DNA of 62,105 nucleotides, filler included, from Choristocarpus tenellus KU-1152 (taxonomy: Eukaryota > Protista > Phaeophyceae): NCBI GenBank assembly GCA_964200185.2. It is 13 parts of 13 records of this genome, joined end to end, with 100 filler letters (N's around TTAATTAATTAA, not from the genome) between each part and the next. Parts side by side here need not be neighbours in the genome. Positions count along the whole stretch, not along the records: positions 55,086 to 62,105 come from CAXNAD020006844.1; 12 more parts are not named here. The stretch is one strand, 5' to 3'. This document shows positions 61,054 to 62,105 of the stretch, in pieces; position 1 is the first letter of the stretch, and every line of letters begins with the position of its first letter. The notes below the pieces were generated by a model. That model was not told the origin of the DNA. It ran no database searches and saw only the letters and a list, made by a program, of their open reading frames with translations. A program made the translations under genes and the position numbers.

Positions 61054-61981
61054 CTCTGTGATTTCCACGTTGCTGAAGCTTCCGACCTAATATGGGTTAC
61101 CCTTTTCAATCATTGTTGGTTCCCTGCGTTAGGTTATTTCGTTGATGGTTCGCTCATCAACGCAACACTTCGACTGTACAAGTTCCAAAAATCTTACCAT
61201 TGAGTACAGTAGTAATATTTATAGTGTTGAACCAGGATGTTTCATGACGAAAATGATATATAGATTATATTCCCAATCTTAACTAAAACTCAGCTCCAAA
61301 AAGTTCAAAGAAGGAACGAACGATATATTATAAATGAAACCATCCATATAAAATGAACTGTCGACAGACAACAAATGAAAAATTTGAATGAGATATTAAA
61401 AGCGAACACAAAAATGTCCCTAAACGTATTGATGATCACCTAGATATGAAAAGGAATATCAGAATAATAAATGAAAAGAATGATCACTTTTCATACATTC
61501 TCTCAATTTACTACCTATCTACAACGAAGGAGGAGGAACATACATCTACTAGTTCAAGTAATGTACGAAAAAAATGTTCATTTTCAAACGAACGATAAAC
61601 GATAAAATCCTTCCAACGAACATAACTCAACAATCCTTCCTAAGATAGAACCGCGTGGCGAAATCCGTTGGAGTTCCAAACCTAACTATATTGTAAGGAA
61701 AAGTTGAAACACCACCAAAGTCCGTATGAAAGTAACTAGATCCACATATATATCCATCACTTATCTACATACACAACCTAATTCTCTGTTCCTAATTGTA
61801 GCGTAGAAGAAATAGTCCAGTGTTTACTGCCATCTGACCACAAGTGAAGGGGGGAGTTAGGGTGGAGGTAGTGTGGAGAACAAGTTCCCAGAGTAAAGTG
61901 AGGAACAATATCAGATACACAAACAGAATAACAGCCGATTTCAAAAATTGAGGATGGAGCTTTTCATTGAGGATGGATGGG

Positions 61982-62105
61982 CTTGACCCAAAATTGACTG
62001 GGATAAAGAGTCGATATGTTTTTTTGTGTGTGTGTGTGTTGTGTGTGTGTTGTGTGTTACAAAAAAAACATATCGACACTTTATCCCAGTCAATTTTGGG
62101 TCAAG
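61982..62105. repeat. Near-perfect inverted repeat (about 44-bp arms) around a (GT)n loop at the window end
   Basis: CTTGACCCAAAATTGACTGGGATAAAGAGTCGATATGTTTTTTT ... AAAAAAAACATATCGACACTTTATCCCAGTCAATTTTGGGTCAAG, one mismatch. Confidence 0.9.

Overview
This is not one locus. It is 13 short eukaryotic contigs (2.9-7 kb) joined by 12 artificial 100-nt spacers (N44-TTAATTAATTAA-N44), so nothing across a spacer is linked. Introns are long and GT-AG, and the DNA is TE-rich and dotted with short TTAGGG tracts. A plastid-division dynamin (DRP5B/ARC5) points to a plastid-bearing alga, most plausibly an ochrophyte or brown-alga-like stramenopile (inference). Spliced gene fragments rebuilt by hand: DRP5B/ARC5, NOC2, a WDR44-like WD40 protein, a GCN2/HisRS-like C-terminus, a VPS13-like fragment, a signal-anchored sulfotransferase and a low-complexity coiled-coil protein; a THAP-domain ORF is intronless. 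Mobile DNA includes decayed Ty1/Copia, a plant/oomycete-type mariner, an IS630/Tc1-type DDE relic, a tRNA-derived SINE candidate and a large MITE group sharing the terminus G(A/G)(G/C)TCAAAGTA. Best novelty candidates: (1) four separately called ORFs at 43223-46401 that splice in phase into one 696-aa protein with a RING finger, a coiled coil and three Stc1-like zinc fingers, a possible small-RNA-to-ubiquitin adaptor; (2) copy-to-copy evidence that G-rich sites in repeats are being rewritten into TTAGGG repeats. All family assignments come from recalled motifs; no database search was run.
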